Origin: a virus
Virus genome (UHGV): UHGV-1455077
Length of the DNA stretch: 64,000 bases
Reading direction: 5' to 3' (one strand)
Part shown: one piece after another, positions 1 to 9,843 of the stretch
How positions within the stretch are numbered: position 1 is the stretch's first letter
Layout of the letters: the number at the start of each line of letters is the position of its first letter
The notes under the pieces: generated by a model
Seen by the model: only the letters and a program-made list of their open reading frames with translations
Databases searched by the model: none
Told to the model about the DNA's origin: nothing
Translations under genes and position numbers: made by a program

Positions 1-610
1 TATTAAAAAGAATGAAAATGAAAAATTATCTAATCAAGAAGCATTTAAAAAAGTTCTTGATGAATATTCATCTTACCAAAATTTAAGAAATGTTAGATAT
101 TTGGCTTCAGATAAAAGATTATATATGGATGATATATATCATTGCTTGAGTAATAAAGAAAAGATGAAGTTATTAGGTACACGAAACATTACTGTAATGA
201 ATGACCCATTTGGTACAGCTACAACAGCTTCAAAAACAGGTTCAATTGATTATAACTGTGCAAAAGCAGGTTTTGCAAATTTATATAATACAGGAAATTT
301 AATTCAACTTAAAATTAAAATTTTAGGAGACCCATATTGGTTAGATTTATTTTCTGAAAAAAACATTAATGGTGATATTAAAACAATGATGAATTTGTCA
401 AATGCTAAATATTTTGTATTTGATATGAAAACAGCCGTTGAACAAAATTCTAATGGAAATGGTTTATATGATTTAGAAAATGCTGTTGATATTTCTGGAA
501 TATATCAAGTTTTATATGTAACAAGTTATTTTGAAAATGGTAAATTTACTCAAACTATTGAAGGTGCAATACACGCATCATTTATGCATAGTAATTTTAT
601 GAAGGTTTAA
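1..610 (+). CDS. C-terminal part of a larger protein that continues upstream of the window (structural or baseplate neighbourhood)
   Basis: The reading frame is open from base 2 through the listed ORF 101..610 with no stop. It is adjacent to the tail lysin gene. Confidence 0.5.
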   Translation, partial: IKKNENEKLSNQEAFKKVLDEYSSYQNLRNVRYLASDKRLYMDDIYHCLSNKEKMKLLGTRNITVMNDPFGTATTASKTGSIDYNCAKAGFANLYNTGNLIQLKIKILGDPYWLDLFSEKNINGDIKTMMNLSNAKYFVFDMKTAVEQNSNGNGLYDLENAVDISGIYQVLYVTSYFENGKFTQTIEGAIHASFMHSNFMKV

Positions 611-612
611 TA

Positions 613-2577
613 ATGGCAAGATTAGATACTCATTTAACACAATCTGAAAAACAATCTCGTGATAGAACTTTTGATAAAAGTCGTATTTATATGGCAGAAG
701 TTATGGATACACGTTCTATTTTACGAGGTGGAGAAATTAAAGTATGGATTTTAAGTTCTAATAATGATAAAACAAATCCAACAAATTGGATTACAGCATA
801 TTATGCTTCTCCTTCATATGGAACAACGCCTGTTAGACCAAATCAAACAAATATTGATGCTCCAGTTAGTTTTGGTTGGTGGAATCCAATGCCATATGTT
901 GGTAACTATGTTTTTATTTTTTATGCTTGTATTTCTGGTGAAAACTCAAATCCTTATTGGTTTTCTTGTCCAGTTAATCCTAATATGAATTTTATGTTAC
1001 CAGGTATTCCAGGTGCATACACTTCTGATAATCACGATGCATTATGTGAAGTAAATATGAAATCAACCAATCCTGATGTTAATTCAGATGTTTTAGCATA
1101 TAGAAAAGAACAATATCAAGCACCTTATAAACCAATAATTGATGCGTTAAAAAGACAAGGATTAGATAAAGATAAATTAAGAGGTATCTCAACAGCAGGT
1201 TCAAAACGTGAATCTCCAAGTATGTGTTCTGGATATACATCTCCAACAGGACATTCATTTGTTATTGATGATGGCTGGCTGGAAACAGATAATAAAACAA
1301 ATTGGCTTACTGAAACAACTGACCCAAATATTTTGGGATTAAAAGGAGATAATGGTAAAGACCCATCTCATATTGAAAATTCTTATAGATATGATTCTGG
1401 ATTTCGTTTTAGAACAAGAAATGGAACTCAAATATTAATATTAGACAATGGTAATATCTATATGATTAATAGAGATGGAACTGCTTGGGTAGAATTATCA
1501 GATGATGGTTATATTGATTGTTATTCTAAACGAGGAATTTCAGCTAATACAGATGGAGATATAAATTTTCATTCTGGTGGAAGAATAAAAATGGAAGCTA
1601 AACAAGGTTTTACTTTTAAAACAGATGGTGATATATCAGTAGAATCTGCGGGTAATATAAATGTATCTGCTCCACGCATTGATACCGATAGTATTATTAC
1701 TGCTCCTGAAATAGATACAAATATTGGTAATATTGAATCATTTATATCTGCATCTGCACAAATTAATGGTACATTTTCTGGTACATTACAAGGTATTGCT
1801 GAATATGCAACTAATGCTGGTATAACTCCTGCACCACAACCTATACCTTTAACACCTTCACCAGAAGTTCCTTACCCTGTTATTGAGCAACCACAAGAAC
1901 AAGTTGGAAAAATTGGTGAAACAATTAGTACAATTGTTTCAAGAATACCTACTGCTGAACCTTATGGTGGACACGATAGAAATAATACAATACCTGAATT
2001 AGATACTTCATTTAAAGTACCGACAACAGAATATTATACATCTACACCAACTATTATTTCAAATCAAATTGAAACAACACCATTACCAACTGTATCAACA
2101 GAAAATTCACCAATTCCATCATTGCAATTATCTGAACATTTTACATTGCAAGATTTATGTTACTCATCAACTGCATCTAAATTAGGTATAAATAATACAC
2201 CACCAAGTGATATTATTGAAAAATTAAGATATTTAGCAATTAATGGTTTAGAGCCTATTTATAAACAATTTGGTAAATTAACAATTAATAGTGGATATAG
2301 AGGAACAGCTCTAAATGTTGCTGTTGGTGGAGCAAGTACAAGTCAGCATTGTAAAGGTGAAGCGGCAGATATTGAGGTTTTAGGTGTAAATAATTATGAT
2401 TTAGCTGTTTGGATTAGAGATAATTTAGAATTTGACCAGTTAATTCTTGAATTTGCAACTAATTTATCTTCTGACCCAAATAGTGGCTGGGTTCATTTAA
2501 GTTTGAAATCAGCAAATAATAGACATCAATTATTAACAATTGATAGTTCTGGAACAAAATCAGGATTATTAAAATAA
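613..2577 (+). CDS. Tail-associated lysin or baseplate hub protein with a C-terminal peptidase M15 (D-Ala-D-Ala carboxypeptidase-like) domain
   Basis: 654 aa. The C-terminus LQDLCYSSTASKLGINN...INSGYRG...SQHCKGEAADIEV matches the H-x-D / metallopeptidase M15_3 fold of phage lysins. The gene starts 3 nt after the previous ORF. Confidence 0.6.
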   Translation: MARLDTHLTQSEKQSRDRTFDKSRIYMAEVMDTRSILRGGEIKVWILSSNNDKTNPTNWITAYYASPSYGTTPVRPNQTNIDAPVSFGWWNPMPYVGNYVFIFYACISGENSNPYWFSCPVNPNMNFMLPGIPGAYTSDNHDALCEVNMKSTNPDVNSDVLAYRKEQYQAPYKPIIDALKRQGLDKDKLRGISTAGSKRESPSMCSGYTSPTGHSFVIDDGWLETDNKTNWLTETTDPNILGLKGDNGKDPSHIENSYRYDSGFRFRTRNGTQILILDNGNIYMINRDGTAWVELSDDGYIDCYSKRGISANTDGDINFHSGGRIKMEAKQGFTFKTDGDISVESAGNINVSAPRIDTDSIITAPEIDTNIGNIESFISASAQINGTFSGTLQGIAEYATNAGITPAPQPIPLTPSPEVPYPVIEQPQEQVGKIGETISTIVSRIPTAEPYGGHDRNNTIPELDTSFKVPTTEYYTSTPTIISNQIETTPLPTVSTENSPIPSLQLSEHFTLQDLCYSSTASKLGINNTPPSDIIEKLRYLAINGLEPIYKQFGKLTINSGYRGTALNVAVGGASTSQHCKGEAADIEVLGVNNYDLAVWIRDNLEFDQLILEFATNLSSDPNSGWVHLSLKSANNRHQLLTIDSSGTKSGLLK

Positions 2578-2587
2578 GGATTTAAAA

Positions 2588-3526
2588 ATGGCAAATGGAG
2601 ATGATTCATTAATTTTTGAAGAAGGAAATGAAAAAGATACTGATACATTTAGTGATATTCAACTAATTGATAAGTCGGTATATGATAATTTTGATGATTC
2701 TGAAAAGCCAAATTGGGTAAGATATTCACCTTCATTGCAAAGTCAAGCCTATGCTCAATGGATTGCGGCTCAAAATCAAATGATAAAATTATTTGGAGAA
2801 TTAGGGCCAGTATTTGATAAATTAATGCCATTTACAAAAGGTGGAATGACACTTCAACCAATCCCTTTAACTTCTTTAATTAATTCTATAAAAACGGTAA
2901 CATCAGTTGCAGAAACAATGGGAGACGTTGTTAATACAATTGCAAGTACAGCAATTGTAAATATTGTTGCTGAACCATTAAAAAATTTATTTGGCTTAAT
3001 TGGAGCATTGGGTGGACTAATTTATGCATTATATATGAATCCTTATCAATTTATTGAACCTTATACATCCGCTATTAAAGCAGTTGATTTAACAAATTTA
3101 AAAGAACAATTTAATGCTGAAACAACTCCTAATTTAGATTTATATACAACTAAAGTTGAAGAAATTCCAATTCCAGACCCAGATATTAAAGGAGAAATTG
3201 AAACTGCTAAAAATCAAATAAAAAATTTAAAGCCAACTGCTGAAGATATGCTTGCAACTGCTGATGCATTAAATGAAACAGCAAAAACGTTAGAAGGAAT
3301 TCCTGAAACTTTACAAGCTGTATCTACAATGGGTTGTTCTTGGGCATTTAATGCCGCATTAGATGAATTTAATATTAAATTTGACCAAACAAAATTGCCA
3401 AATGTTGACCCTAATAATCAAGCTAAACAATGGGCGGAAAACGTTAATAATTTAGTTAACAAATTACCAGTTAAATATATTAAAGTTTCAGATTTAGAAA
3501 AATTAAAACAACTTGACAAATCTTAA
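2588..3526 (+). CDS. hypothetical structural protein
   Basis: 312 aa ORF. A GGA SD lies upstream. The middle is hydrophobic and Gly/Ala-rich, and the tail is coiled-coil-like. Confidence 0.5.
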   Translation: MANGDDSLIFEEGNEKDTDTFSDIQLIDKSVYDNFDDSEKPNWVRYSPSLQSQAYAQWIAAQNQMIKLFGELGPVFDKLMPFTKGGMTLQPIPLTSLINSIKTVTSVAETMGDVVNTIASTAIVNIVAEPLKNLFGLIGALGGLIYALYMNPYQFIEPYTSAIKAVDLTNLKEQFNAETTPNLDLYTTKVEEIPIPDPDIKGEIETAKNQIKNLKPTAEDMLATADALNETAKTLEGIPETLQAVSTMGCSWAFNAALDEFNIKFDQTKLPNVDPNNQAKQWAENVNNLVNKLPVKYIKVSDLEKLKQLDKS

Positions 3527-3568
3527 AATATATTATAATATAAGCATAAATGTTTATAGAGTAATGCA

Positions 3569-4009
3569 ATGGTAAAAGAATACAAAAATAATATTTTTGA
3601 TGTAATTAAACAAATTGATAAAAAGAATTATCAATATTTTGATTCTTTAAATGAAGAACAAAAAAAAGAAATTCAACCATACACATTAGCAAGATGGATG
3701 TCAACAGTTGCTGATGAGTATGACCATAAGAAATATAATATGGATATTAATAATAATGTGAATATGTATTTCTGGAATTTATCAAAATATAAAGATTTAC
3801 AATTTAAATTATTATGTACTTGTGGTCAAACAGGTTTTAATAAACATCAATGGATTCCTATTTCTAAATCATCAACAGATAAAATTTTAAATTCAATTAA
3901 AGATTATTTTTTTGGATTAACTGAAAAAGAAATTCAAATGAAATATGGAAGAATGACAAAAGAAGAAATTAAAAATATTCAAAATTTTTTAGGTTCAACT
4001 ATAAAATAA
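3569..4009 (+). CDS. hypothetical protein
   Basis: 146 aa ORF with usage typical of the phage coding strand. Confidence 0.45.
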   Translation: MVKEYKNNIFDVIKQIDKKNYQYFDSLNEEQKKEIQPYTLARWMSTVADEYDHKKYNMDINNNVNMYFWNLSKYKDLQFKLLCTCGQTGFNKHQWIPISKSSTDKILNSIKDYFFGLTEKEIQMKYGRMTKEEIKNIQNFLGSTIK

Positions 4010-4038
4010 ATACTTATATATAATACAAAGGACTTATT

Positions 4039-4539
4039 ATGGAAATATTCACCGATGGTAGTCACTCTTTAAAACCAAGGATGAGTGGAGTCGGTGCGGT
4101 TATTTTGAATAATGGTCACGAGCATCAAATAGGTGCATATACTGATAAATGTGTGGATAATAATGTGGCAGAAGTTGTAGCAATAGCTTTTGCCATTAAA
4201 TATATTAAAGACCATAAAATTATTGATAATTCAAAAGATAAAAATTTAATAATTTATTCTGATTCTGCCAATGCTTTAAGAAAAATTCGTCAATTATCAC
4301 CAGGTAAAGATGAATTTGAACAAACTGCGTTAGATTTTATTCAAGATTTTTTACAAACAACATCAAAAAAAGTTACATTTTTTCAAATTAAAGGTCACGT
4401 TCACGATGGAACAAAATTATCTCACTATAATAATATAGCTGATAGTTTAGCATCTGATTATCGTTATCTTGGTTTAGTTAAATTACAAAATAGATTATAT
4501 AATCAATCTTTAAAACATAAAAAATCTAAATATAGATAA
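4039..4539 (+). CDS. rnh: Ribonuclease H (RNase HI-like)
   Basis: The catalytic D-E-D-D/H pattern is present: TDGS near the N-terminus, AEVVA, YSDSANAL, KGHVHDG and NIADSLA. Confidence 0.75.
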   Translation: MEIFTDGSHSLKPRMSGVGAVILNNGHEHQIGAYTDKCVDNNVAEVVAIAFAIKYIKDHKIIDNSKDKNLIIYSDSANALRKIRQLSPGKDEFEQTALDFIQDFLQTTSKKVTFFQIKGHVHDGTKLSHYNNIADSLASDYRYLGLVKLQNRLYNQSLKHKKSKYR

Positions 4540-4603
4540 AAACTATTGACATTTATTTTTATTCTGTTATATTGTTGCTAACATATATCATAAGGAAAAA
4601 TAA

Positions 4604-5092
4604 ATGTTAAAAATGATTTTATATATTTTAATGAGAAATGATTTGCCATCAATGAATGTTGGTAAAGCAATAGCACAGGCATCCCACGCTTCTGCACAAT
4701 TTGTAGAAAATTGTTCTAATAATTCAAATAAAGCATTTGATATTTGGAAAAATGAAGGTATTGGGTTTGGAACAACTATTGTATTAGAAGGTTCAAAAGA
4801 TTCAATTGATAAACTTATTGATAATGTTAAAACTAAACATTATTGTTTTTATAATGGAGTAATTGTAGATTTTACATATCCATTTAAAGCACAGAAAGAG
4901 TTACTTGATATTGCATCTTTTGAAGCAAAGTATAATATTCAAATTGTTGATGATACAATTGATAAATTTGGTATGGTTTCTTGTACAAGAAACGAACATA
5001 CTTGTTCATATATATTCTTGTCAATAACAGATGAAGAACAAGAAGAATTTAAAAAATTGTGTGAAGAATATAATATATATCTTCATAGATAA
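4604..5092 (+). CDS. Peptidyl-tRNA hydrolase, PTH2 family-like
   Basis: The N-terminus MRNDLPSMNVGKAIAQASHAS resembles the PTH2 motif (R.DL.MG.GKIAAQCSHA). The -10/-35 promoter at 4549 and an SD precede it. Confidence 0.55.
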   Translation: MLKMILYILMRNDLPSMNVGKAIAQASHASAQFVENCSNNSNKAFDIWKNEGIGFGTTIVLEGSKDSIDKLIDNVKTKHYCFYNGVIVDFTYPFKAQKELLDIASFEAKYNIQIVDDTIDKFGMVSCTRNEHTCSYIFLSITDEEQEEFKKLCEEYNIYLHR

Positions 5093-5106
5093 GAGGAGAA
5101 ATAAAA

Positions 5107-5544
5107 ATGTCCAATATAACAATTGAAGATTTTAAAATTTTTAATTATTTATATGAAAAATTTGATAAAAAAATTGATTTGCTTTGGGAAATATTTTATC
5201 ATCCACATATTGATGAAGATGGTGAAGAAAAAGATGATGAATTTGAATATTGGTATCCAGTTTGTAATATTAATAAACATATTAATTCAGATGGAACTTT
5301 AACAGATACAATTGAAATTACAGGAAGTGCTGAAGATGGTTGGCACGATACTTATTATCACTCTATCTATTTGCCTTCGGAGTACATATTTAAAAATGAG
5401 CAAGAATTAAGAGATATTCGTCAAAAACAAATTGAAGAATATAATAAAAGAAAAGAAAAAGAAGAACAAAAATTAGAAAAAGAACAATTAACTAAAGAGT
5501 ATGAAGAATATATCAAGTTAAAAAATAAATTTGAAAAGGAATAG
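5107..5544 (+). CDS. hypothetical protein with an acidic and K/E-rich tail
   Basis: 145 aa ORF with a GAGGAG SD. Confidence 0.45.
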   Translation: MSNITIEDFKIFNYLYEKFDKKIDLLWEIFYHPHIDEDGEEKDDEFEYWYPVCNINKHINSDGTLTDTIEITGSAEDGWHDTYYHSIYLPSEYIFKNEQELRDIRQKQIEEYNKRKEKEEQKLEKEQLTKEYEEYIKLKNKFEKE

Positions 5545-5863
5545 TATGAAAAATATAGCTGATTTAAGAGAAATATATAATAATCATACTGATTTAAATC
5601 ATAAAGTGGAACAAATTTATGAGATATTTAAAAATTGTTCTCATTTTTATGTAGGAATAAGTCAGCCTATTAAAACAGAAAAGCATACATTTGCATTTTT
5701 TGAAATTGCACCAATTGCACCTTTGTTACATATATGGGTTAATTATATAGATGATAAAGGTGAATTAAATTGTTCACCTTTATTAAGAGTGCCATTGGAT
5801 TTTTTATTAAAAAGTAAAGAAGATTTATTAAAAATTAAGGAAGAAAATGAAAGACAAATATGA
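5531..5863 (+). CDS. hypothetical protein
   Basis: 110 aa ORF that overlaps both neighbours by a few nt, as in operon-style translational coupling. Confidence 0.45.
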   Translation: MKRNSMKNIADLREIYNNHTDLNHKVEQIYEIFKNCSHFYVGISQPIKTEKHTFAFFEIAPIAPLLHIWVNYIDDKGELNCSPLLRVPLDFLLKSKEDLLKIKEENERQI

Positions 5864-6035
5864 ATATGAAGAAGTTGAAGAATTTCAAGATGAAATTTTA
5901 AAAAAGCAAAAAGGAGAGTTTGATTTAAAACAAGAAAGACTTAATGCAATTTATAAAAATAAGGAGCAATATAAAAGTTTAAAAATTGCTGAAAGATTAA
6001 GACAGGAAGTATTAAGAGAGAAATCAAGAAAATGA
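5847..6035 (+). CDS. small hypothetical K/E-rich protein
   Basis: 62 aa ORF. It is coupled to the next ORF by an ATGA overlap. Confidence 0.4.
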   Translation: MKDKYEYEEVEEFQDEILKKQKGEFDLKQERLNAIYKNKEQYKSLKIAERLRQEVLREKSRK

Positions 6036-6241
6036 CGAGATATGATGAAAATAAAAAAATAGTTTCAAAAATTTCTGAATTTATTGAACGATGTCCAGAT
6101 ATGAGGTTTATTCAACTTTTATGGGCATTAGGAATTGTAAATTCAGAAGATAGATTTTATGAAGAATCTGAAACAACGTACAAAATTGTGGAAAAATATT
6201 GTAATAAAGTAATTGGAATTGATGAAGATGCAAATATATAA
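6032..6241 (+). CDS. small hypothetical protein
   Basis: 69 aa ORF. Confidence 0.4.
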   Translation: MTRYDENKKIVSKISEFIERCPDMRFIQLLWALGIVNSEDRFYEESETTYKIVEKYCNKVIGIDEDANI

Positions 6242-6521
6242 ATGTATGAAAAATCGTTACATTGATAAACACGGAAGTATCAGGGAATATGTTAGTTTTA
6301 TTCATCAAAAGAAAATGTCAACAAATGAGAAAGAAGATTGCTTTTTTAATGTTAATGATTTAATTGAAAAAACAAATGGTGGGCAATATATTCAATTACC
6401 TGAAAATCAAAAACAATATCAATATTATAAATTGGTATATGATTTGATTAAAGTTTCGGAAGATGGGTTAACAGTATATGAAGTACCAATTAATTTACGT
6501 TTAGAGGAATATAGTGAATAA
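6213..6521 (+). CDS. hypothetical protein
   Basis: 102 aa ORF. It overlaps the previous ORF by 29 nt, so the true start is uncertain. Confidence 0.4.
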   Translation: MELMKMQIYKCMKNRYIDKHGSIREYVSFIHQKKMSTNEKEDCFFNVNDLIEKTNGGQYIQLPENQKQYQYYKLVYDLIKVSEDGLTVYEVPINLRLEEYSE

Positions 6522-6960
6522 TAGATTTAAATATAGATTATGGGATGAACTTGAACAGAAATTTAATTATTATGATTTATTAAATTCTGAAAGTGTATTC
6601 AATTTTGGATATGATATTGAAGAAGATATGATTAATTATAATGGAAGAGTTTCTCTTAAAGATACTGATAAAAGCTTTGTTCGTTTAGAACAAGGTTGTT
6701 CACTTATTGATGAGGATAATAAAAATCTTTATGAAGGCGATATTGTAAGTGTAACAAGATATATCAATGAATGGTCGGATGAAAAAACAGAATATATTGG
6801 TATTATTAAATATTTTTCTGATTTTAATTCATTAGGAATTGAAACTATTGATAAACAATTTAATACAGCATTTGCCATTGATAAATTAATAACAAATATT
6901 AAATTACTGGGAGATATTCATCAAAATAAAGATATTTTAAAGGATTATAATTATGAGTAA
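6514..6960 (+). CDS. hypothetical protein
   Basis: 148 aa ORF with coupled stop/start on both sides. Confidence 0.45.
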   Translation: MNNRFKYRLWDELEQKFNYYDLLNSESVFNFGYDIEEDMINYNGRVSLKDTDKSFVRLEQGCSLIDEDNKNLYEGDIVSVTRYINEWSDEKTEYIGIIKYFSDFNSLGIETIDKQFNTAFAIDKLITNIKLLGDIHQNKDILKDYNYE

Positions 6961-7660
6961 TGAATATAAAGATTGGTTATATGATATTCAATACGATGAA
7001 GCATTTGAATATGCTTATTTTAAGCATTTAAACCAACGAAGAAAATATACAGATGAAAATTATATTAATCATCCAATCAGAGTACAACAAATTTTTTATG
7101 ACCATATGAATACTGCTGAAACTTATGGATATTTTGACCGTAGTGAAGAATTAGCATTATCTTGTGCCTGTATTTTACACGATGTGGTTGAAGATACAGA
7201 TGCAACATTTGTTGAAATTGAAGAAAAATTTGGAATATATGTTAGAAATTTGGTATATTGGTTAACAAATGTTTCAACACCAGAAATGGGTAATAGAGCA
7301 TATAGGAAAAAAATTGATTTACAACATACTTTACAAGCTCCAATTGAAGCAATTTGTATTAAGTTAGCAGATGTTATTGATAATTGCTCAAATATTGTCG
7401 AATCTGAACGATTTTATAATGATAACTTACGATTGGTAACAGAACTTCCTTCAAATTTTGCTGAAAAATATCTTAATGAAAAGAAAACATTTTTAAAAGC
7501 ATTATGGAAACTTAAAAAAGATAAATTTGATAAAATACCATCTACTATTGATTCTAATAGTATGTTTTATTGGAATAGATGGCTAATAGTATTTGAAAAA
7601 TTATATAATGATTGCTATAAAATTATTGAAGAACAATTAAAATTATTAAATAATTCGTAA
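6953..7660 (+). CDS. HD-domain (p)ppGpp hydrolase, a small alarmone hydrolase of the RelA/SpoT hydrolase family
   Basis: HPIRVQQ is followed about 40 aa later by ACILHDVVEDTDAT. This is the His...HD...LHDxxEDT signature of SpoT/Mesh1-type hydrolase domains. No synthetase domain is present. Confidence 0.6.
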   Translation: MSNEYKDWLYDIQYDEAFEYAYFKHLNQRRKYTDENYINHPIRVQQIFYDHMNTAETYGYFDRSEELALSCACILHDVVEDTDATFVEIEEKFGIYVRNLVYWLTNVSTPEMGNRAYRKKIDLQHTLQAPIEAICIKLADVIDNCSNIVESERFYNDNLRLVTELPSNFAEKYLNEKKTFLKALWKLKKDKFDKIPSTIDSNSMFYWNRWLIVFEKLYNDCYKIIEEQLKLLNNS

Positions 7661-7963
7661 ACCGTTTTTCCAATAAAATTCTAAATCATCATCTGAATCA
7701 TACCGAATTTTAGCAAATTGTAAATGGGATATTGCATCTTGTGGAGATATATTAAACCATTCGCCACAAGATTTTTTATCTTTTAAATCTCTATGAATTA
7801 AATGTTCAATAATTCTTACTTTAGAATCTTGAACTTCTTCTTTATAAAATAATTGTAACTTATTCATATTTCCTGTTTGTAGTTGTTTTAATCTTTTTTC
7901 AGGAGTTTTTGAAAAGCCAATTTTAACTTGATTTTCTGTGCCGATTACATATATATAACTCAT
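7646..7963 (-). CDS. T5orf172/MUG113-type domain protein (GIY-YIG-like)
   Basis: MSYIYVIGTENQVKIGFSKTPEKRLKQLQTGN matches the YVYxxG..KIG.T.n...RlkqL signature. It is the only minus-strand gene in this block. Confidence 0.5.
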   Translation of the reverse strand: MSYIYVIGTENQVKIGFSKTPEKRLKQLQTGNMNKLQLFYKEEVQDSKVRIIEHLIHRDLKDKKSCGEWFNISPQDAISHLQFAKIRYDSDDDLEFYWKNGLRII

Positions 7964-7998
7964 AAAAATATTTATTTTTGTATTTTTTGTAAAAAAGG

Positions 7999-8031
7999 TA
8001 TTGACAAATGATTTTATATATAATATAAATA
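7999..8031 (+). promoter_or_regulatory. sigma70-like promoter (TTGACA, 17 nt spacer, TATAAA)
   Basis: TTGACA at 8001-8006 and TATAAA at 8024-8029. Confidence 0.55.
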
Positions 8032-8035
8032 TGAT

Positions 8036-8226
8036 TGTAAAGAGGTTATGGAAAAGAGTTCGCTTGATAGACGATTATTTGTATTTTTCAATTTTTAAAG
8101 CAAATAATACAAGAGGAGATTAAAATTGATGTTCATAACAGGGTGTTAATAAATCCCTAATGCCAGAGGACATAGCGTCTGGATATTTTTAAAGGAGATG
8201 ATTACCTTTCGTCATCTCCTTTTTCT
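8036..8226 (+). ncRNA. Candidate small RNA of about 190 nt, bounded by a promoter and a terminator
   Basis: The consensus promoter at 8001-8029 and the strong terminator at 8192-8226 enclose no ORF above 17 codons. Internal hairpin CCAGAGGACATAGCGTCTGG at 8163-8182. Confidence 0.4.
8192..8226 (+). terminator. rho-independent terminator
   Basis: Stem AAGGAGATGA / TCATCTCCTT with a 10-nt loop, followed by TTTTT. It covers the ATG listed at 8198, so that start is unlikely. Confidence 0.6.
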
Positions 8227-8239
8227 TATAAATAATAAT

Positions 8240-8734
8240 ATGAAATTGAATGAACTTATACATAATACTTTATTAGATTTTTTATTGGAAGCAGAACGAA
8301 GCCATCCGAAAACTTCGTTTGATACTTATAAACAGTTACAAACTTTAAAACGTTATGGTTTTGATTTAAGTAAAGATATTCTCCAAAACCAAATGGATAA
8401 TGATTATGTTGCTCGTGTATATCAAATCATTCATAATCATTGTAAACTACTTAATATTGAAATATATAATTGGTTAAAACAAAACTATCATTTTAGAAAA
8501 ATAAGTTGGCAAGAATCTAAAACAACTATTTCACAATATATTCATATTATTTTAATGAATGGAAAACATATTGATATTCGTATATCTGACCATCGTGGTC
8601 AATTAAATGATAGTAGTAGAATTAATACATTAAACATTTATTATAATACACCATTTAATGATATTCTTAAAAATAAAATTAAATATTTTATTGAAACACA
8701 CTCTGAAAAATCCAAATTTCAAAAAACTGCTTGA
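8240..8734 (+). CDS. hypothetical protein; start moved to the internal ATG
   Basis: The ORF track begins at 8198 inside the terminator hairpin. The ATG at 8240 (MKLNELIH...) is the plausible start. Confidence 0.4.
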   Translation: MKLNELIHNTLLDFLLEAERSHPKTSFDTYKQLQTLKRYGFDLSKDILQNQMDNDYVARVYQIIHNHCKLLNIEIYNWLKQNYHFRKISWQESKTTISQYIHIILMNGKHIDIRISDHRGQLNDSSRINTLNIYYNTPFNDILKNKIKYFIETHSEKSKFQKTA

Positions 8735-8762
8735 CAAATAATTTATCTGTTTTAATATACGA
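8735..8762 (+). promoter_or_regulatory. sigma70-like promoter
   Basis: TTGACA, a 16-17 nt spacer and TAATAT lie upstream of 8777. Confidence 0.4.
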
Positions 8763-8776
8763 TTAGTATTAACTTT

Positions 8777-9505
8777 ATGAAAGAAAAAATTATGTATATT
8801 AAAACAGTTTATGATTTGATTGAGTATTCTAAAAATCATCCAAATTATGAATATACCTATTATGATGGCGATTGGATTGTTTATGATGATAAAGATAATT
8901 TGATTGATGAAAAAGAAGTTAAACTGAACAGTATAATGATGCGACAACTTGCAGATATGAATGTTATATCTTTTAAAGGTTATGTTATTTCACATAGAGC
9001 CGTTAGAAGGTATTGTGTTGATGAAAGTTTTGAAGAAAAAATTGCAATTATCAAAAAAATGCTAACCGATATTATTGTTACTGTTAAAGATGTTAAAATT
9101 AAATCATTAAAACACATTTCACAAATATTTGAAGATAGATATAAAATTTTTGCCGATACTGAAACAGAAGAAGGTTCTTATTGGGGTGGTTGCTATGAAG
9201 TTAGAAAACTTCATTTTTGTAATGATTTAAAATTTTGGGGCAGTAAAGTTGTATGGGAATATACTTACTATGTGGCTGGCAATTGCTTGGGGTCAAAGTT
9301 TTATAAAAATATGATTAATTTGTATTCTCAAGTATTTGGTGGTTGGGATGTATCCAGTAAAAATTATAAAAGATATATTGATGATAAACATAATTCATTT
9401 GTTACTGATGATGAATGGTTTAAACTAAGAGATGAAGCATTTGAAAAATCATATATTGAATGTTTAGAATATGTAAAAGGACATAAAAATGACACAAACG
9501 ATTAA
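8777..9505 (+). CDS. hypothetical protein
   Basis: 242 aa ORF. Confidence 0.5.
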   Translation: MKEKIMYIKTVYDLIEYSKNHPNYEYTYYDGDWIVYDDKDNLIDEKEVKLNSIMMRQLADMNVISFKGYVISHRAVRRYCVDESFEEKIAIIKKMLTDIIVTVKDVKIKSLKHISQIFEDRYKIFADTETEEGSYWGGCYEVRKLHFCNDLKFWGSKVVWEYTYYVAGNCLGSKFYKNMINLYSQVFGGWDVSSKNYKRYIDDKHNSFVTDDEWFKLRDEAFEKSYIECLEYVKGHKNDTND

Positions 9506-9788
9506 TACATTTACTTGGAAAACAGCATCAGGAGAAATTTATACTCTTGACGAACTTAGTACAGAACATATTTTGAATATTATTAAATTTTTGGAAAAAA
9601 GAATGACTATTCATAAAGAAAAATATATTGAAAAGTATGGTTTTACAGAACGTTCGTTAATACGAATGACTATTTCAGCAATTAGAGTTTTTGAAGATGA
9701 ATTATTTGATAGAGGAGTTGATTATTTAACTATACGAAATCACATTGAAGATACATCTTTTTTAAAAAATGTTAAAAATGCCTATTGA
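9489..9788 (+). CDS. hypothetical protein
   Basis: 99 aa ORF that overlaps the upstream gene. Confidence 0.45.
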   Translation: MTQTINTFTWKTASGEIYTLDELSTEHILNIIKFLEKRMTIHKEKYIEKYGFTERSLIRMTISAIRVFEDELFDRGVDYLTIRNHIEDTSFLKNVKNAY

Positions 9789-9812
9789 CAAGTAATTTTT
9801 ATATGTTATATT
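9785..9812 (+). promoter_or_regulatory. sigma70-like promoter; first of three identical 32-nt promoter copies (see 41559 and 61553)
   Basis: CCTATTGACAAGTAATTTTTATATGTTATATT, with TTGACA at 9785-9790 and TATATT at 9807-9812. Confidence 0.6.
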
Positions 9813-9843
9813 CATAATAGTTTTAATTTATTGGAGAAAATTA

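Noticed and set aside
764-988. 74-aa ORF in an alternative frame inside 613..2577
   Set aside because: It is fully nested in a well-supported long gene. Its hydrophobic low-complexity translation is typical of a frame artefact in AT-rich DNA.
2649-2831. 60-aa antisense ORF
   Set aside because: It is antisense to 2588..3526 and has no RBS.
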